A stretch of DNA of 64,000 bases from an uncultured delta proteobacterium (GTDB lineage: Bacteria > Desulfobacterota > Desulfobaccia > Desulfobaccales > 0-14-0-80-60-11): NCBI GenBank assembly GCA_963812015.1, contig CAWETI010000003.1, positions 864,001-928,000 of the forward strand, read 5' to 3'. The notes beneath the pieces are model-generated. The model was not told the origin of the DNA. It searched no databases and saw only the letters and a list, made by a program, of their open reading frames with translations. Position 1 is the stretch's first letter. Each line of letters opens with the position of its first letter. This document shows, in pieces, positions 10,572-19,684 of this stretch. The position numbers and the translations under genes were made by a program.

Positions 10572-12038
10572 ATGATCAATATTCTCGGCCTACAATTTTC
10601 CAGATGGGCGCTAATCCTGCTTTTGGGGGATATTGTCACTTTTTGTTTAGCTATACTTGTGGGCATAATCGCGATTGCCAGATGGAACCAGGACCTCTGG
10701 TTCCATTGGAATCAATACCGAATCCCGATGGTGCTGGTGGCGCTGACCTACATTCTGATCTTCTATATTGCCAACCTTTATGACCACTACCTTGACTTCC
10801 GCCGCCGGGAAAATATTAGCCGGGTTATTTTGACCAGCCTGATGGGGACGCTGGCGGCGGTGCTCCTGTTTTGTCTGCCCTCATGGCAGATCATCCCTCG
10901 CATCTTTGTCGAGTGGCATGCAGTGGTTTTTGTTTGTCTGGCCATCTTTTGGCGGTATAGCTTTTCGGCTGTAGCGTTACCCGTAAGGCTACAAAAGAGG
11001 GTGTTGGTCCTGGGGGCTGGGAGGGCGGGACGCTGGATTGCCCAAATCATCATGCAACACCCTAATTGTGGCTTGGTGGTAATAGGTTTCATAGATGACA
11101 ACCCCCAAAAAGTGGGGGCTACCATCGACGGGCTAAAAATTCTTGGCCAATCAGGGATGCTGGACGAATTGATTAGGCAGGAAAAGGCTAGCCTAGTGGT
11201 GTTGGCCATCAGCCATGAAAAAGTTGGAGCTTTGTTAGCGAGCTTGAGCCAGGCTATTGTGCATGACTGTCAGTTAATAGATGTTCCAACCCTCAATGAG
11301 TATATAACCGGGAAAATCCCTGTGGATTATATCTCAGATGTTTGGCTTTACTTTAACAATATGGCTTATCCTAAGTTATATCATCATAAGATTAAGCGGA
11401 TGATAGATTTGATATTGTCCAGCTTGGGACTGTCAATAGCTTTGCCAATATCCATTATCATCGCTTTGGCCATCAAACTGGAAACTCCTGGGCCGATACT
11501 ATTTAAACAACGCCGAATGGGTTATAATAATAAACCTTTCCAAATCTTAAAATTCCGGACTATGATTAAGGATAATAATGAAGGAATGCCTAAATGGACA
11601 TTCCACAATGATAGTCGTATAACCAGGGTCGGTTCCTATCTGAGAAAGATCCATTTAGACGAATTACCACAGTTGATCAATATATTAAAAGGGGAGATGA
11701 GCCTGGTGGGGCCCAGAGCCGAATGGGATTTTTTTGCTCAAAAATCCCAAGAGCTGGTGCCGGAGTGGCGGCCAGGTCGCCGGGCTAAGGACCCACCAGG
11801 CTACAAAGTCATTACCCATCATAGGGAGAAAGTACGTTTCTATAGTCATCGTCTGTTAGTAAGGCCTGGCGTTACGGGCTGGGCTCAGGTGATGTTTCCC
11901 CGCGCCGGCTCTTCCATGAAAGATCTAAAAGAGAAATTGGAATATGATTTATATTATATAAAACATATGGGTGTTCTTTTGGACATTGCTATCCTCTTGA
12001 AAACTATTCGGATTGTGCTTTTCGGACACGGGAAATAA
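10572..12038 (+). CDS. Priming polyprenyl glycosylphosphotransferase (sugar transferase)
   Basis: N-terminal TMs, Rossmann-like GAGRAG, KFRTM, DELPQLINILKGEMSLVGPR, PGVTGWAQV and KLEYDLYY. Confidence 0.93.
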   Translation: MINILGLQFSRWALILLLGDIVTFCLAILVGIIAIARWNQDLWFHWNQYRIPMVLVALTYILIFYIANLYDHYLDFRRRENISRVILTSLMGTLAAVLLFCLPSWQIIPRIFVEWHAVVFVCLAIFWRYSFSAVALPVRLQKRVLVLGAGRAGRWIAQIIMQHPNCGLVVIGFIDDNPQKVGATIDGLKILGQSGMLDELIRQEKASLVVLAISHEKVGALLASLSQAIVHDCQLIDVPTLNEYITGKIPVDYISDVWLYFNNMAYPKLYHHKIKRMIDLILSSLGLSIALPISIIIALAIKLETPGPILFKQRRMGYNNKPFQILKFRTMIKDNNEGMPKWTFHNDSRITRVGSYLRKIHLDELPQLINILKGEMSLVGPRAEWDFFAQKSQELVPEWRPGRRAKDPPGYKVITHHREKVRFYSHRLLVRPGVTGWAQVMFPRAGSSMKDLKEKLEYDLYYIKHMGVLLDIAILLKTIRIVLFGHGK

Positions 12039-12083
12039 CCAAGATAATATTAAACATCGTTTAAAGCCGCGGCAAAATAAACT

Positions 12084-13883
12084 ATGATCGAGGATTTTTC
12101 TATAATGTACAACGCATATTTTGGCTTTTTTGACTCTCCCTTCGAGAATAATCTTGACCAGAGATTTTTGTTCCTGAGCGAAGACCACCGAGAGATATTG
12201 GCAGCCCTCCTTTATTTTGCGGAAACCAAAAAGGGGTTTGCCATCGTTTGCGGCGATGTGGGTACCGGCAAGAGCATGCTGATTAATGCCTTTTTGGACA
12301 GGTTGCCGGAATCGGCCCACCCCATTATCATACTGAACCCGTTCGTTAGCTCTCTGGACATCTTAATCCATATAGCTAAAGCCTTAAAAATCAGAACCAC
12401 TGGCAATGAAAGTGTGCTGGATCTCACCGAAAAGGTAAAAAAAGCCTTAACCTCGGCGAAGCTCCAGGAGAAAAGCTTCGTCTTGATCGTCGATGAGGCC
12501 CATCTACTCTCCGATCAGGCCCTGGAAGAAATCCGGCTGCTTTTCAACATTGAAACCCCTGCCCAGAAGCTCCTGCAAATTTTGCTGGTGGGGCAGTACG
12601 AGCTCAGTCATAAACTGGATCGCCCGGAGATGCGTCATCTGCGCCAGCGTATCAATGTCAACCGCTTCTTATCCCCCTTGAATCCTGAGGAAAGCATCCA
12701 ATATGTTGACCACCGTTTAAGACAGGTGGGTTCGAGTTTTGCGGCGGTTTTCGAGGACCAATGCCGCCGCTGGATTTTTAGGCTGACCGAGGGTTGTCCC
12801 CGCCTGATTAACCAGCTGTGCGATAATGCCCTGCTCATTTGTATGACCGAGGGTCGGCGTAAGGTCAACCGCAAGGTCTTGGAAAAAGCGCATGAGGCTT
12901 GGCAAACTGACCTGGTTTTTACCCCCGAATCTTCCCGGGCCCGAACCTACCGTGGTAGGGCAGCCATCAAGCCCCTCGTGGTCGTGGCGGGCAGTGTGGT
13001 GATGGTATTGCTGGGTATTATGGCCATTAGGGGTGGGTGGGGGGTGGTTAACATTCAGAGTGTGTTCCAGAAAATCCGTGCCGCCATCCCAACCGCCTCC
13101 GAGCCCCAAGCAACCTCGGTGACGAAAAGTAAAGACCAGGGCAAACCCGAGAAGGAATCTCCTCCATTGAAGAAGCCCAGGGAACCCGAGGGAGCACCTG
13201 CAGCATCCCTTAAGCCTTCCGGGTCCGCGCCTAAAGCCGCGCCCCTGCCGGAAGGTTTTGGGCGTATGGAAATAAAAGAGCCAAGCTCCCCGGTCGAGCC
13301 GCCAGCCTTGTCCCCCCCTGGGCCAAGCGAAATGCAACCCGGAACCCCCGGGGAGCTGGAACAAGCAGTCGAGACAGCCCCTAAAAAAGCAGACCCGGCA
13401 GAGCCCCAAGGGGCCCCATCTGAGCTGGGAGGAACACCCCAACCTTCATCCGAACCCGGTCCCGCCCCTCCTGTCTTCGAACAATTAGTGGCCCGGGGAG
13501 GGGAGTCTCTTACCAGGATTGCCTCCCAGCACTACCCAAATGACCCCGGATTGGGCATCGCCGCCCTTATTCTCCAAAATCCTGGTGTTACTAAAGTAGA
13601 TGTCATAAAATCAGGAGAGGTATTGTACCTCCCCAAGATCAATTTTGAAAATCGCACGATTCAATTGAAAGATAATCTCTGGTATGCCTTTTATGGCCGT
13701 TACCCTTCGCCAGAAAGAGCCAACAAAATCGCATTTTGGTTTAACACCATGAAAATTAAATTTTTGGAAAGGGATATCAAAAGTGGAGATGGTACCACAA
13801 TCAAGCGGATTTTTATTGGTGGCTATGCCGCTGAAGAAGAACTAACCCAGGCCCTGAAAAGCTTAAGCACCAGAAAGCAATGA
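12084..13883 (+). CDS. ExeA/GspA-like AAA ATPase with TM, Pro-rich linker and LysM/SPOR-like C-terminus
   Basis: Walker A GDVGTGKS, IVDEAHLL, LRQRI and G.PRLIN.LCDNAL motifs. Confidence 0.85.
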   Translation: MIEDFSIMYNAYFGFFDSPFENNLDQRFLFLSEDHREILAALLYFAETKKGFAIVCGDVGTGKSMLINAFLDRLPESAHPIIILNPFVSSLDILIHIAKALKIRTTGNESVLDLTEKVKKALTSAKLQEKSFVLIVDEAHLLSDQALEEIRLLFNIETPAQKLLQILLVGQYELSHKLDRPEMRHLRQRINVNRFLSPLNPEESIQYVDHRLRQVGSSFAAVFEDQCRRWIFRLTEGCPRLINQLCDNALLICMTEGRRKVNRKVLEKAHEAWQTDLVFTPESSRARTYRGRAAIKPLVVVAGSVVMVLLGIMAIRGGWGVVNIQSVFQKIRAAIPTASEPQATSVTKSKDQGKPEKESPPLKKPREPEGAPAASLKPSGSAPKAAPLPEGFGRMEIKEPSSPVEPPALSPPGPSEMQPGTPGELEQAVETAPKKADPAEPQGAPSELGGTPQPSSEPGPAPPVFEQLVARGGESLTRIASQHYPNDPGLGIAALILQNPGVTKVDVIKSGEVLYLPKINFENRTIQLKDNLWYAFYGRYPSPERANKIAFWFNTMKIKFLERDIKSGDGTTIKRIFIGGYAAEEELTQALKSLSTRKQ

Positions 13884-14506
13884 AGATTCAATTTTATTTC
13901 CCAGACAAACTGAAACGCCGGCAAAGACTCGTTTACTCTTTATTGGAGGAGCTCAAGATCGGACTAGCGGAGGAAATGACCCCTCCGGATCCCCCTGCGC
14001 CTGCTCGGATAAAGGCGGAACTTGACCCGGAAGGCACCGTGGCAGCGGCGGCCCCGGCCCCAGGCTGGGGCAATGCGACGGAGGCTTCCTTTCCTCCCCC
14101 GAGAGGCGTCGAGAAGGATTTTATAGCGGCTGCCCTTGCCAAAAAAGAGATTTCGCTCTCCCCTCCCGAGATCGTCAGGTTATCCGCTGAATCCCACGAT
14201 TATGGCCCCATTTTACTGGGTAACTCCCAAGATTGGGTCTTGGTCATCCATAACGATGGGGGGCGGGAGGGCACTATTTTAACCCTGGAGGGATTACCGG
14301 CCCAGGGCTTTAGCTTGCCCGATCCCCCCGTGCTGCTCCAGATGATTCCTCCCCAGGGGTCCCAGGCCCTGGCCATCCGTTTTGCCCCGGTTTCCGTTGG
14401 GGAAAAGGCCGCCACTTTGACCATGACGGTCTTGGTCCAGGATGAGCAGATCCTGGAAGTGCCTCTACGCGGCATGGGTATTACAACTATCCAGACGTCG
14501 GCATGA
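13880..14506 (+). CDS. Ig-like (choice-of-anchor D / ASH-type) domain protein
   Basis: DYG.I..G...IHNDG...IRFAP...GEK.ATL...VPLRGMG pattern. Confidence 0.6.
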   Translation: MKIQFYFPDKLKRRQRLVYSLLEELKIGLAEEMTPPDPPAPARIKAELDPEGTVAAAAPAPGWGNATEASFPPPRGVEKDFIAAALAKKEISLSPPEIVRLSAESHDYGPILLGNSQDWVLVIHNDGGREGTILTLEGLPAQGFSLPDPPVLLQMIPPQGSQALAIRFAPVSVGEKAATLTMTVLVQDEQILEVPLRGMGITTIQTSA

Positions 14507-14836
14507 GTCTACCGCTCCCACGTTGCCAACTCTTTGGGCATGGCTTTGGTCTATATTGCTCCCGGCACTTTCAGTATGGGCAGTCCAAAAAATGAGTCAC
14601 CCCTCTAACTTAACATGTGGATCAGTTTTTGGGGGGCAGGTCACAACTCTTTGAGATTTTTCAGAGGTTTCGTTGGTTTCAGGATATATGCCAACTGGCA
14701 AGGTCCTTAGGTTTTTCAAAAGGGCTGTTGAGAAGGGAGGCTCATGTCCGCTATCCTCACTTAACTGGAAAAAGAATCTGCGGCGGTGGATGGGCCGCAG
14801 CCAGACTACCCCAATGCCGGGCACGCTGCCAAAGGA

Positions 14837-15697
14837 TTAGAAAGGGCGCAGGGTTACTTTCCAGAGAGGGGGGGTAAGCTTGGCGCGCGGTTGTGCAATT
14901 CTCCATTGGGGCAGGGGTATCTTCCATGCTAATCCCCTGGCCCCGGGGGTGTCGGGAACCTCTTCGTCCACCCCCGGACTTGAGCTGATCAGCCCAAAGT
15001 CTTTTCGAATCGTCTGCCCCGCATAGGCCTGGAGGATGGTCGCAACATAATGCCGCGTCTCTGGAAACGGGGGGCATCCCTGGTATTTAACCACATTCTC
15101 AGACCCGGCATTATATGCGGCCAGGGCCAGGCAAACATCCTGGTTAAATTGGCTAAGGCACCGTTCAAGATATTTAATCCCGCCGGCAATATTCTGCTCC
15201 ACGTCAAAGGCGTCGGATACCCCCATCAGGGCCGCGGTCCCCGGCATCAGCTGCATGAGTCCCATGGCGCCCTTAGGGGATACGGCATCGGGATTAAACC
15301 CGGACTCCTGGCGAATGACGGCCCACACCAGGTCTTCATCCACGCCATACCGCCGGGCGTATTTCTCAATCACCCTTGCCAGGTTTTGGCGTTTGACCAG
15401 GTTGACAATCTGGGCCGGCAACCGGGCAGAACGACCGGATGGCCCCCTGACCGTTGCAGACCAGGTCTCGCCGGGGTGGTTGGGCTGACTCCCCGGCTGA
15501 GGCAACTCGGCCAGGGGCGATGGACCCGCATCATCCTCTGACGCTGTTTTGGGAGCCACGGCCGCGGGATTTGCCACCCTGGCGCTCTCCCCCCCCTCTC
15601 CCGGAGGGTGCTCTCCCAGAGGGCCAGAGAAAAGACCCAGCATAAATCCGGTTAATCCAACCACCAGGGCGACCTGTAGGCCACGCATCATCACCAA
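14837..15697 (-). CDS. Lytic transglycosylase (SLT domain)
   Basis: QESGF, SPKGAMGLMQLMP, ALAAYNAG and PPFPETRHYV motifs. Confidence 0.92.
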   Translation of the reverse strand: MVMMRGLQVALVVGLTGFMLGLFSGPLGEHPPGEGGESARVANPAAVAPKTASEDDAGPSPLAELPQPGSQPNHPGETWSATVRGPSGRSARLPAQIVNLVKRQNLARVIEKYARRYGVDEDLVWAVIRQESGFNPDAVSPKGAMGLMQLMPGTAALMGVSDAFDVEQNIAGGIKYLERCLSQFNQDVCLALAAYNAGSENVVKYQGCPPFPETRHYVATILQAYAGQTIRKDFGLISSSPGVDEEVPDTPGARGLAWKIPLPQWRIAQPRAKLTPPLWKVTLRPF

Positions 15698-15764
15698 CCC
15701 AAGCCCAACTTTTGAATAATACTATAATCCGAGATTATGCCGCATCCATAGCTATTTCTGATCC

Positions 15765-16025
15765 TCACAATATCATTGCCAGGTCGCCTATCTCCGTTAA
15801 GGGTCTGCCAATATGCTGGCTAATGGTGCGATATAGGGATTTAAGGTGCCGGGAGTTTCCAAGCGTTGTTATGCCGCGCAGTTTATGACCTGCGTCGTCG
15901 GCTTCGATATAAATGTATTCCAGGAGCCCGTCCTTGTGAAGCTTGACCGTCATCAAGACCCCTGCTTCACCGGCTCCCTCGTCTGTCACGGCCGATTGAG
16001 TGGCCAGACGGGAAGTTGCATCCAT
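15765..16025 (-). CDS. Hypothetical protein
   Basis: 86-aa ORF with plausible composition; no recognised motif. Confidence 0.4.
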   Translation of the reverse strand: MDATSRLATQSAVTDEGAGEAGVLMTVKLHKDGLLEYIYIEADDAGHKLRGITTLGNSRHLKSLYRTISQHIGRPLTEIGDLAMIL

Positions 16026-16111
16026 GTCAATTCTCGTAGGGGCTTTATAATACTCCCTTAATGCGGTGGGTTAATTGAGTTGAGGCAAAATAAGACCCTT
16101 ATACAAGCAAC

Positions 16112-16420
16112 TCACTCTCCATTGTCAGAATCACCTGACTGACCTCGCGCTTCAAGCCTCAGCTTCAGCTCTGCCATGTTTTCCGGCCCGGGATTTGCAA
16201 CTGGGCAGATGGGATAGAATGTGCACCAATGCCCCTCACAGTAACCAAAGCACCTCAAGGAGCAGTCAGGGTTCCCCTCCCTGATTTGCTGTTTACGAAA
16301 AGCAGACGCAAAGGCCAACCTTGCGTGAGCAGAACGTAACCCATGACTGTAACCGCTAATCCCAGGCTCTGGCTCACCCTAGACTTTATCGCACCCATGG
16401 CAAATGCATTTGTATATCAT
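16112..16420 (-). pseudogene. Small Cys-rich (Zn-binding-like) protein with an in-frame TAG at codon 14
   Basis: RBS GAGGGAG, ATG at 16420, MIYKCICHGCDKV*GEPEP...SHGL...QIREGNPDC...C...C...C in one frame; TAG at 16379-16381. Confidence 0.6.
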
Positions 16421-16474
16421 GGCCGTCTCCCTCAGCCCGGATCCAGAACTAATTCGTCAACGGATTTGACCTTC

Positions 16475-16590
16475 ATACCAAGTTGCCGTCATAAAGGTAA
16501 TTCTGGTTTTATGATAGCAACCCCTGTAGGGGCGGTTCGCGAAACACCTCTACAATTCAGATTATTACACGTTTGACGGCAACTTGGTAT
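16475..16590. mobile_element. 116-bp MITE-like element with perfect 17-bp IRs and an internal GTAG-type REP
   Basis: ATACCAAGTTGCCGTCA (16475) and TGACGGCAACTTGGTAT (ends 16590); GTAGGGGCGGTTCGCGAAACACCTCTAC at 16526-16553. Confidence 0.7.
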
Positions 16591-16646
16591 CAGAGAAACT
16601 CTCGGACCCCACCGCTTTTTTGAGATTCCCCCCTCAGCCATTATTG

Positions 16647-16690
16647 AAAAAAAAAGCCGCATTGCCTGTCCTCATCAAGGCAACCCGGCT
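16647..16690 (-). terminator. Intrinsic terminator serving as the riboswitch expression platform
   Basis: AGCCGGGTTGCCT...AGGCAATGCGGCT followed by a long U run; the 5' arm overlaps the aptamer 3' strand. Confidence 0.85.
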
Positions 16691-16757
16691 ATCTCTTCAA
16701 TGAGACCCGCGGCTTTCCGTCCCCGCCTCGCGACGGGTTTGGCTTTGTCTGCTACCG
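16676..16757 (-). ncRNA. c-di-GMP-I (GEMM-I) riboswitch
   Basis: Minus strand reads AGCCAAACCCGTC-GCGA-GGCGGGGACGGAAAGCCGCGGGTCTC...AGATAGCCGGGTTGCC, matching the GEMM consensus. Confidence 0.92.
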
Positions 16758-16870
16758 ACAATTAATGCAAAAATTATGCTACCGGCTTACCCTAAAATAT
16801 CAATAAATGATTTTGTTAATTAAGTTACGCCGTTTATTTATTTATCAATCTGAATATACCATTTAATTTA

Positions 16871-17852
16871 TATGCTTATTGCTTTTGCTCCGGTCCATAT
16901 GCTATAATTAACTAGAATAAATAGCAAATTTGAGCAAAATCATGCAACAGAAAACTCTCAGTCTGCTGCAATTTCAGAAAAAGTTTGGTACTGGGAAAGC
17001 CTGTCAGAAACAATTGTTTCGGTTGCGTTGGCCCGAAGGCTTCAAGTGCCCTCGCTGTGGTCAAGCGGAAGCTTATTTTCACAGTAAGCGCCACTTATAT
17101 CAGTGCAAATCCTGCGGTTACCAAGCTTCATTGACCGCAGGCACAGTGTTTCACAAGACCAGAACCCCCTTAACCAAATGGTTTTGGCTGATCTGGCTGA
17201 TGGGACGCCAGAAAAGCGGCATCTCCATGCTGTCGATGCAACGGATGTTGGAGATCAAGACCTACAAAACCGTGTGGACCATGGGCCACAAGATTCGCAA
17301 AGCCCTGGCCGACCGGGATGCTAATTATAAACTCGCCGGCTTAATTGAGATGGACGACACTTACTTCGGGGCTCCCAAGACCGGGAAGCGCGGCCGCGGC
17401 GCCGCCGGCAAGGCCAAAGTGGTAGTGGCGGTGGAAACCCCGAAAAATAAGCCCAGATTTGCCGTTATGCACATCGTCCCGAGAGTCAGCGCCCAGGAGA
17501 TTCAGGCCCTGGTAAGGGAGCGTCTGGTGGAAGAAGTGGTGGTCAAAACCGACGGTTGGCAAGGATATAGCTTTCTGGATGCTTTGCCCTACCGCCATGA
17601 GTGGCTCGTTCCCGGTTCGGGGAAAGAAGCGCCGAAGGTCCTGCCCTGGGTCCACACCTTGATCGCCAATATCAAAGGCAATATCCGCGGGGTCCATCAC
17701 GGCGTCAGCCAAAAGCATCTGCCCCGTTACCTGGCGGAATTCTGTTACCGCTTCAACCGGCGCTTCTGGGAACCGCAAATGTTTAACCGCATGCTTCATG
17801 CTTGCGTGAATACCTCGGGCATTACATTCTCGGAGCTAAGGCAATAAGCGTA
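16871..17852 (+). mobile_element. IS1595-family insertion sequence
   Basis: 22-bp imperfect IRs (TATGCTTATTGCTTTTGCTCCG / CGGAGCTAAGGCAATAAGCGTA) and 8-bp target duplication TTAATTTA (16863-16870, 17853-17860). Confidence 0.95.
16930..17847 (+). CDS. IS1595-family transposase
   Basis: N-terminal Zn ribbon (CPRC, CKSC), IEMDDTYFG, TDG and YLAEFCYRFNRR motifs. Confidence 0.95.
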   Translation: MSKIMQQKTLSLLQFQKKFGTGKACQKQLFRLRWPEGFKCPRCGQAEAYFHSKRHLYQCKSCGYQASLTAGTVFHKTRTPLTKWFWLIWLMGRQKSGISMLSMQRMLEIKTYKTVWTMGHKIRKALADRDANYKLAGLIEMDDTYFGAPKTGKRGRGAAGKAKVVVAVETPKNKPRFAVMHIVPRVSAQEIQALVRERLVEEVVVKTDGWQGYSFLDALPYRHEWLVPGSGKEAPKVLPWVHTLIANIKGNIRGVHHGVSQKHLPRYLAEFCYRFNRRFWEPQMFNRMLHACVNTSGITFSELRQ

Positions 17853-17941
17853 TTAATTTATTAAAGATAAACCCTGATCAACAAAATTTCCCCCACCAAG
17901 CCAAAAAAGATAAATAGGGTGCCTGGCCCTGATTGTTTGCT

Positions 17942-18006
17942 AATCTGAACATACAGTTTATTTTATTAAACATAAATCCTGATCAACAAAATGTCCCCTC
18001 CTAGCC
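17942..18006. repeat. Second copy of a ~65-bp direct repeat; the first copy (16847-17902) is split by IS1595
   Basis: AATCTGAAYATAC...TTATTAAASATAAAYCCTGATCAACAAAATKTCCCC shared between the two copies. Confidence 0.7.
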
Positions 18007-18281
18007 ACTTGACCAGGGAGATCAAGGAGTTCTTGGTCCCTCGAAGATTGATATATGTCAGAGAGGAGAAAGTGTGTCTCGGTTTGAACAACCAGAGATA
18101 GGAAAAGAACAGGCCAGTGTGGTAGATTTTATTCCCGTAAGATTGTTAGGTACTGCTTCTATAATCAGAACATTTATCACAGAGCCAAAAACCTTCCATA
18201 TCCAGTTAATATCAATCATTTTTCCCACCCAAGCGATAATTAACGATCCTGGCAAGTAATTAATTACTTTCAATCGGCCAC

Positions 18282-18311
18282 AAAAAAGGCAGGGCCATGG
18301 CTGACCCTGCC
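18282..18311 (-). terminator. Intrinsic terminator after tRNA-Cys
   Basis: GGCAGGGTCA-GCCA-TGGCCCTGCC followed by TTTTTT on the minus strand. Confidence 0.85.
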
Positions 18312-18329
18312 AGTTTTATACTTCTTAAA

Positions 18330-18404
18330 TGGAGGCGGCATCCGGAGTCGAACCGGATAAATACGGCCTTGCAAACCGTCGCCTTGCCTCTTGGCTATGC
18401 CGCC
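18330..18404 (-). tRNA. tRNA-Cys (GCA), slightly atypical
   Basis: GGCGGCA/TGCCGCC acceptor stem, U73 discriminator, encoded CCA, TTCGACT T-loop, anticodon loop TTGCAAG. Confidence 0.88.
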
Positions 18405-18407
18405 CCA

Positions 18408-18472
18408 TAAAGCGGAAAATCTAAAGACCCGTGGCTTTTCGTCCCCGCCTCACAGCGCGTTTGGCTTTTTCT
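18408..18472 (-). ncRNA. Degenerate GEMM-I-like motif in the tRNA-Cys leader
   Basis: AAAGCCAAACGCGCT-GTGA-GGCGGGGACGAAAAGCCACGGGTCT closely parallels the riboswitch at 16676-16757; the 3' strand has diverged. Confidence 0.65.
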
Positions 18473-18481
18473 GTAGGATGC

Positions 18482-18510
18482 ATTATAGCATGATGGCAGT
18501 TTCCCGTCAA
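18482..18510 (-). promoter_or_regulatory. Near-consensus sigma70 promoter
   Basis: TTGACG-17 bp-TATAAT with an extended TG motif. Confidence 0.85.
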
Positions 18511-18667
18511 GTTCTTTTGGTGAGAACGTAAATTTTTCCCAAGAGATTGTGAGCGGCACATGACGACTCCACCTTGAACAGGGAGGAGCTCCCTTAAGCT
18601 GATCGGTGTCCCCCCATAACTTTCAGATGAAAGTTAATGGGGAAAAATCTCCTGGGCCTGGGGACCG

Positions 18668-19267
18668 TCACCCGGGGAAATCGGTGTTGGAGATGGTAGC
18701 CGCCAAGTGGGCTGGCAGGTCTTGCACATAGAGTTTCAGGCATGTTTCCACGACGGCCGCATCGTAGAGAATCCCTCTGTTCCTGGTGAGTTCATCCAGG
18801 GTTTCTGCCAGGCCCAGGGAGGCGCGGTAAGGACGATGGGAGCACATGGACTCCATCACATCGGCCACGCCCAGGATTCTGGCTTCCAGAAGGATTTCCT
18901 CCCCTCTCAGGCCCTGGGGATAGCCGGAGCCATTCACCCGTTCGTGATGTTGCAGAATAATCATGGCAGTGTGGCCCGGCAGGGTGATAGGTTCCAGAAT
19001 GTTGAAGGCTACCTCAGGATGGGTTTTAAGCAGGGCGAACTCCAGGGGAGTGAGTTTCCCTGACTTGGAAAGCAGTTCAGTAGGGATGGCGATCTTGCCC
19101 AGGTCGTGAAGCATGCCGGCCATCCGCAGATCACGGAGGCGGTCCTCGGACAGTCTCATCTTCCTGCCGATGTTACAGGCTATCTGGCTTACCCGCCGTT
19201 GATGCCCAACCGTATATGGGTCCCGGGCCGCCATCGTGGACTCCAGCACCTGAATGAGCGCCTCCAT
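18668..19267 (-). CDS. HD-GYP cyclic-dinucleotide phosphodiesterase (stand-alone, possibly N-truncated)
   Basis: D.YT.GH..RV, HDLGK, HHERVNGSGYPQGL and RPYR motifs. Confidence 0.92.
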   Translation of the reverse strand: MEALIQVLESTMAARDPYTVGHQRRVSQIACNIGRKMRLSEDRLRDLRMAGMLHDLGKIAIPTELLSKSGKLTPLEFALLKTHPEVAFNILEPITLPGHTAMIILQHHERVNGSGYPQGLRGEEILLEARILGVADVMESMCSHRPYRASLGLAETLDELTRNRGILYDAAVVETCLKLYVQDLPAHLAATISNTDFPG

Positions 19268-19684
19268 GCCATCTCCTTTTCCACCAGCGTTTCGCCCCTC
19301 CAGCCTTTAGGTCGTCAACCGCATTAACCTCGTGCCGGTGAGGTTACCGATAAGCTGCAGGCGATCCATGCCCCGGCATTTAGGGTTTTCCTAATTTATT
19401 GATTCCAAAGTTGCCAATTTTTGTTTCCTAATGTGGTCAGCACTCTTTCCACATACCGCATTTTGCTGGGGAACATGAATGGTACATATGGTATTTTAAT
19501 TGCGGAAAGGTTAGGAAGCGATAAACGGGATGACTATTTCTATATGACCATTTTGACCATTTTCGTATGATCATTTTAACCACTTAACAAAAAAATTTGG
19601 GTATTGAATGGAAAAGCAATATGATACCAGTAATGGCCATTCAAAATGGACCCACCCGGTTTATTGCAACACCGAGAGGACAGG

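Noticed and set aside
16766..16781. sigma54 promoter upstream of the riboswitch (TAGCATAATTTTTGCA)
   Set aside because: Spacing fits, but the invariant -24 GG is AG; not supportable
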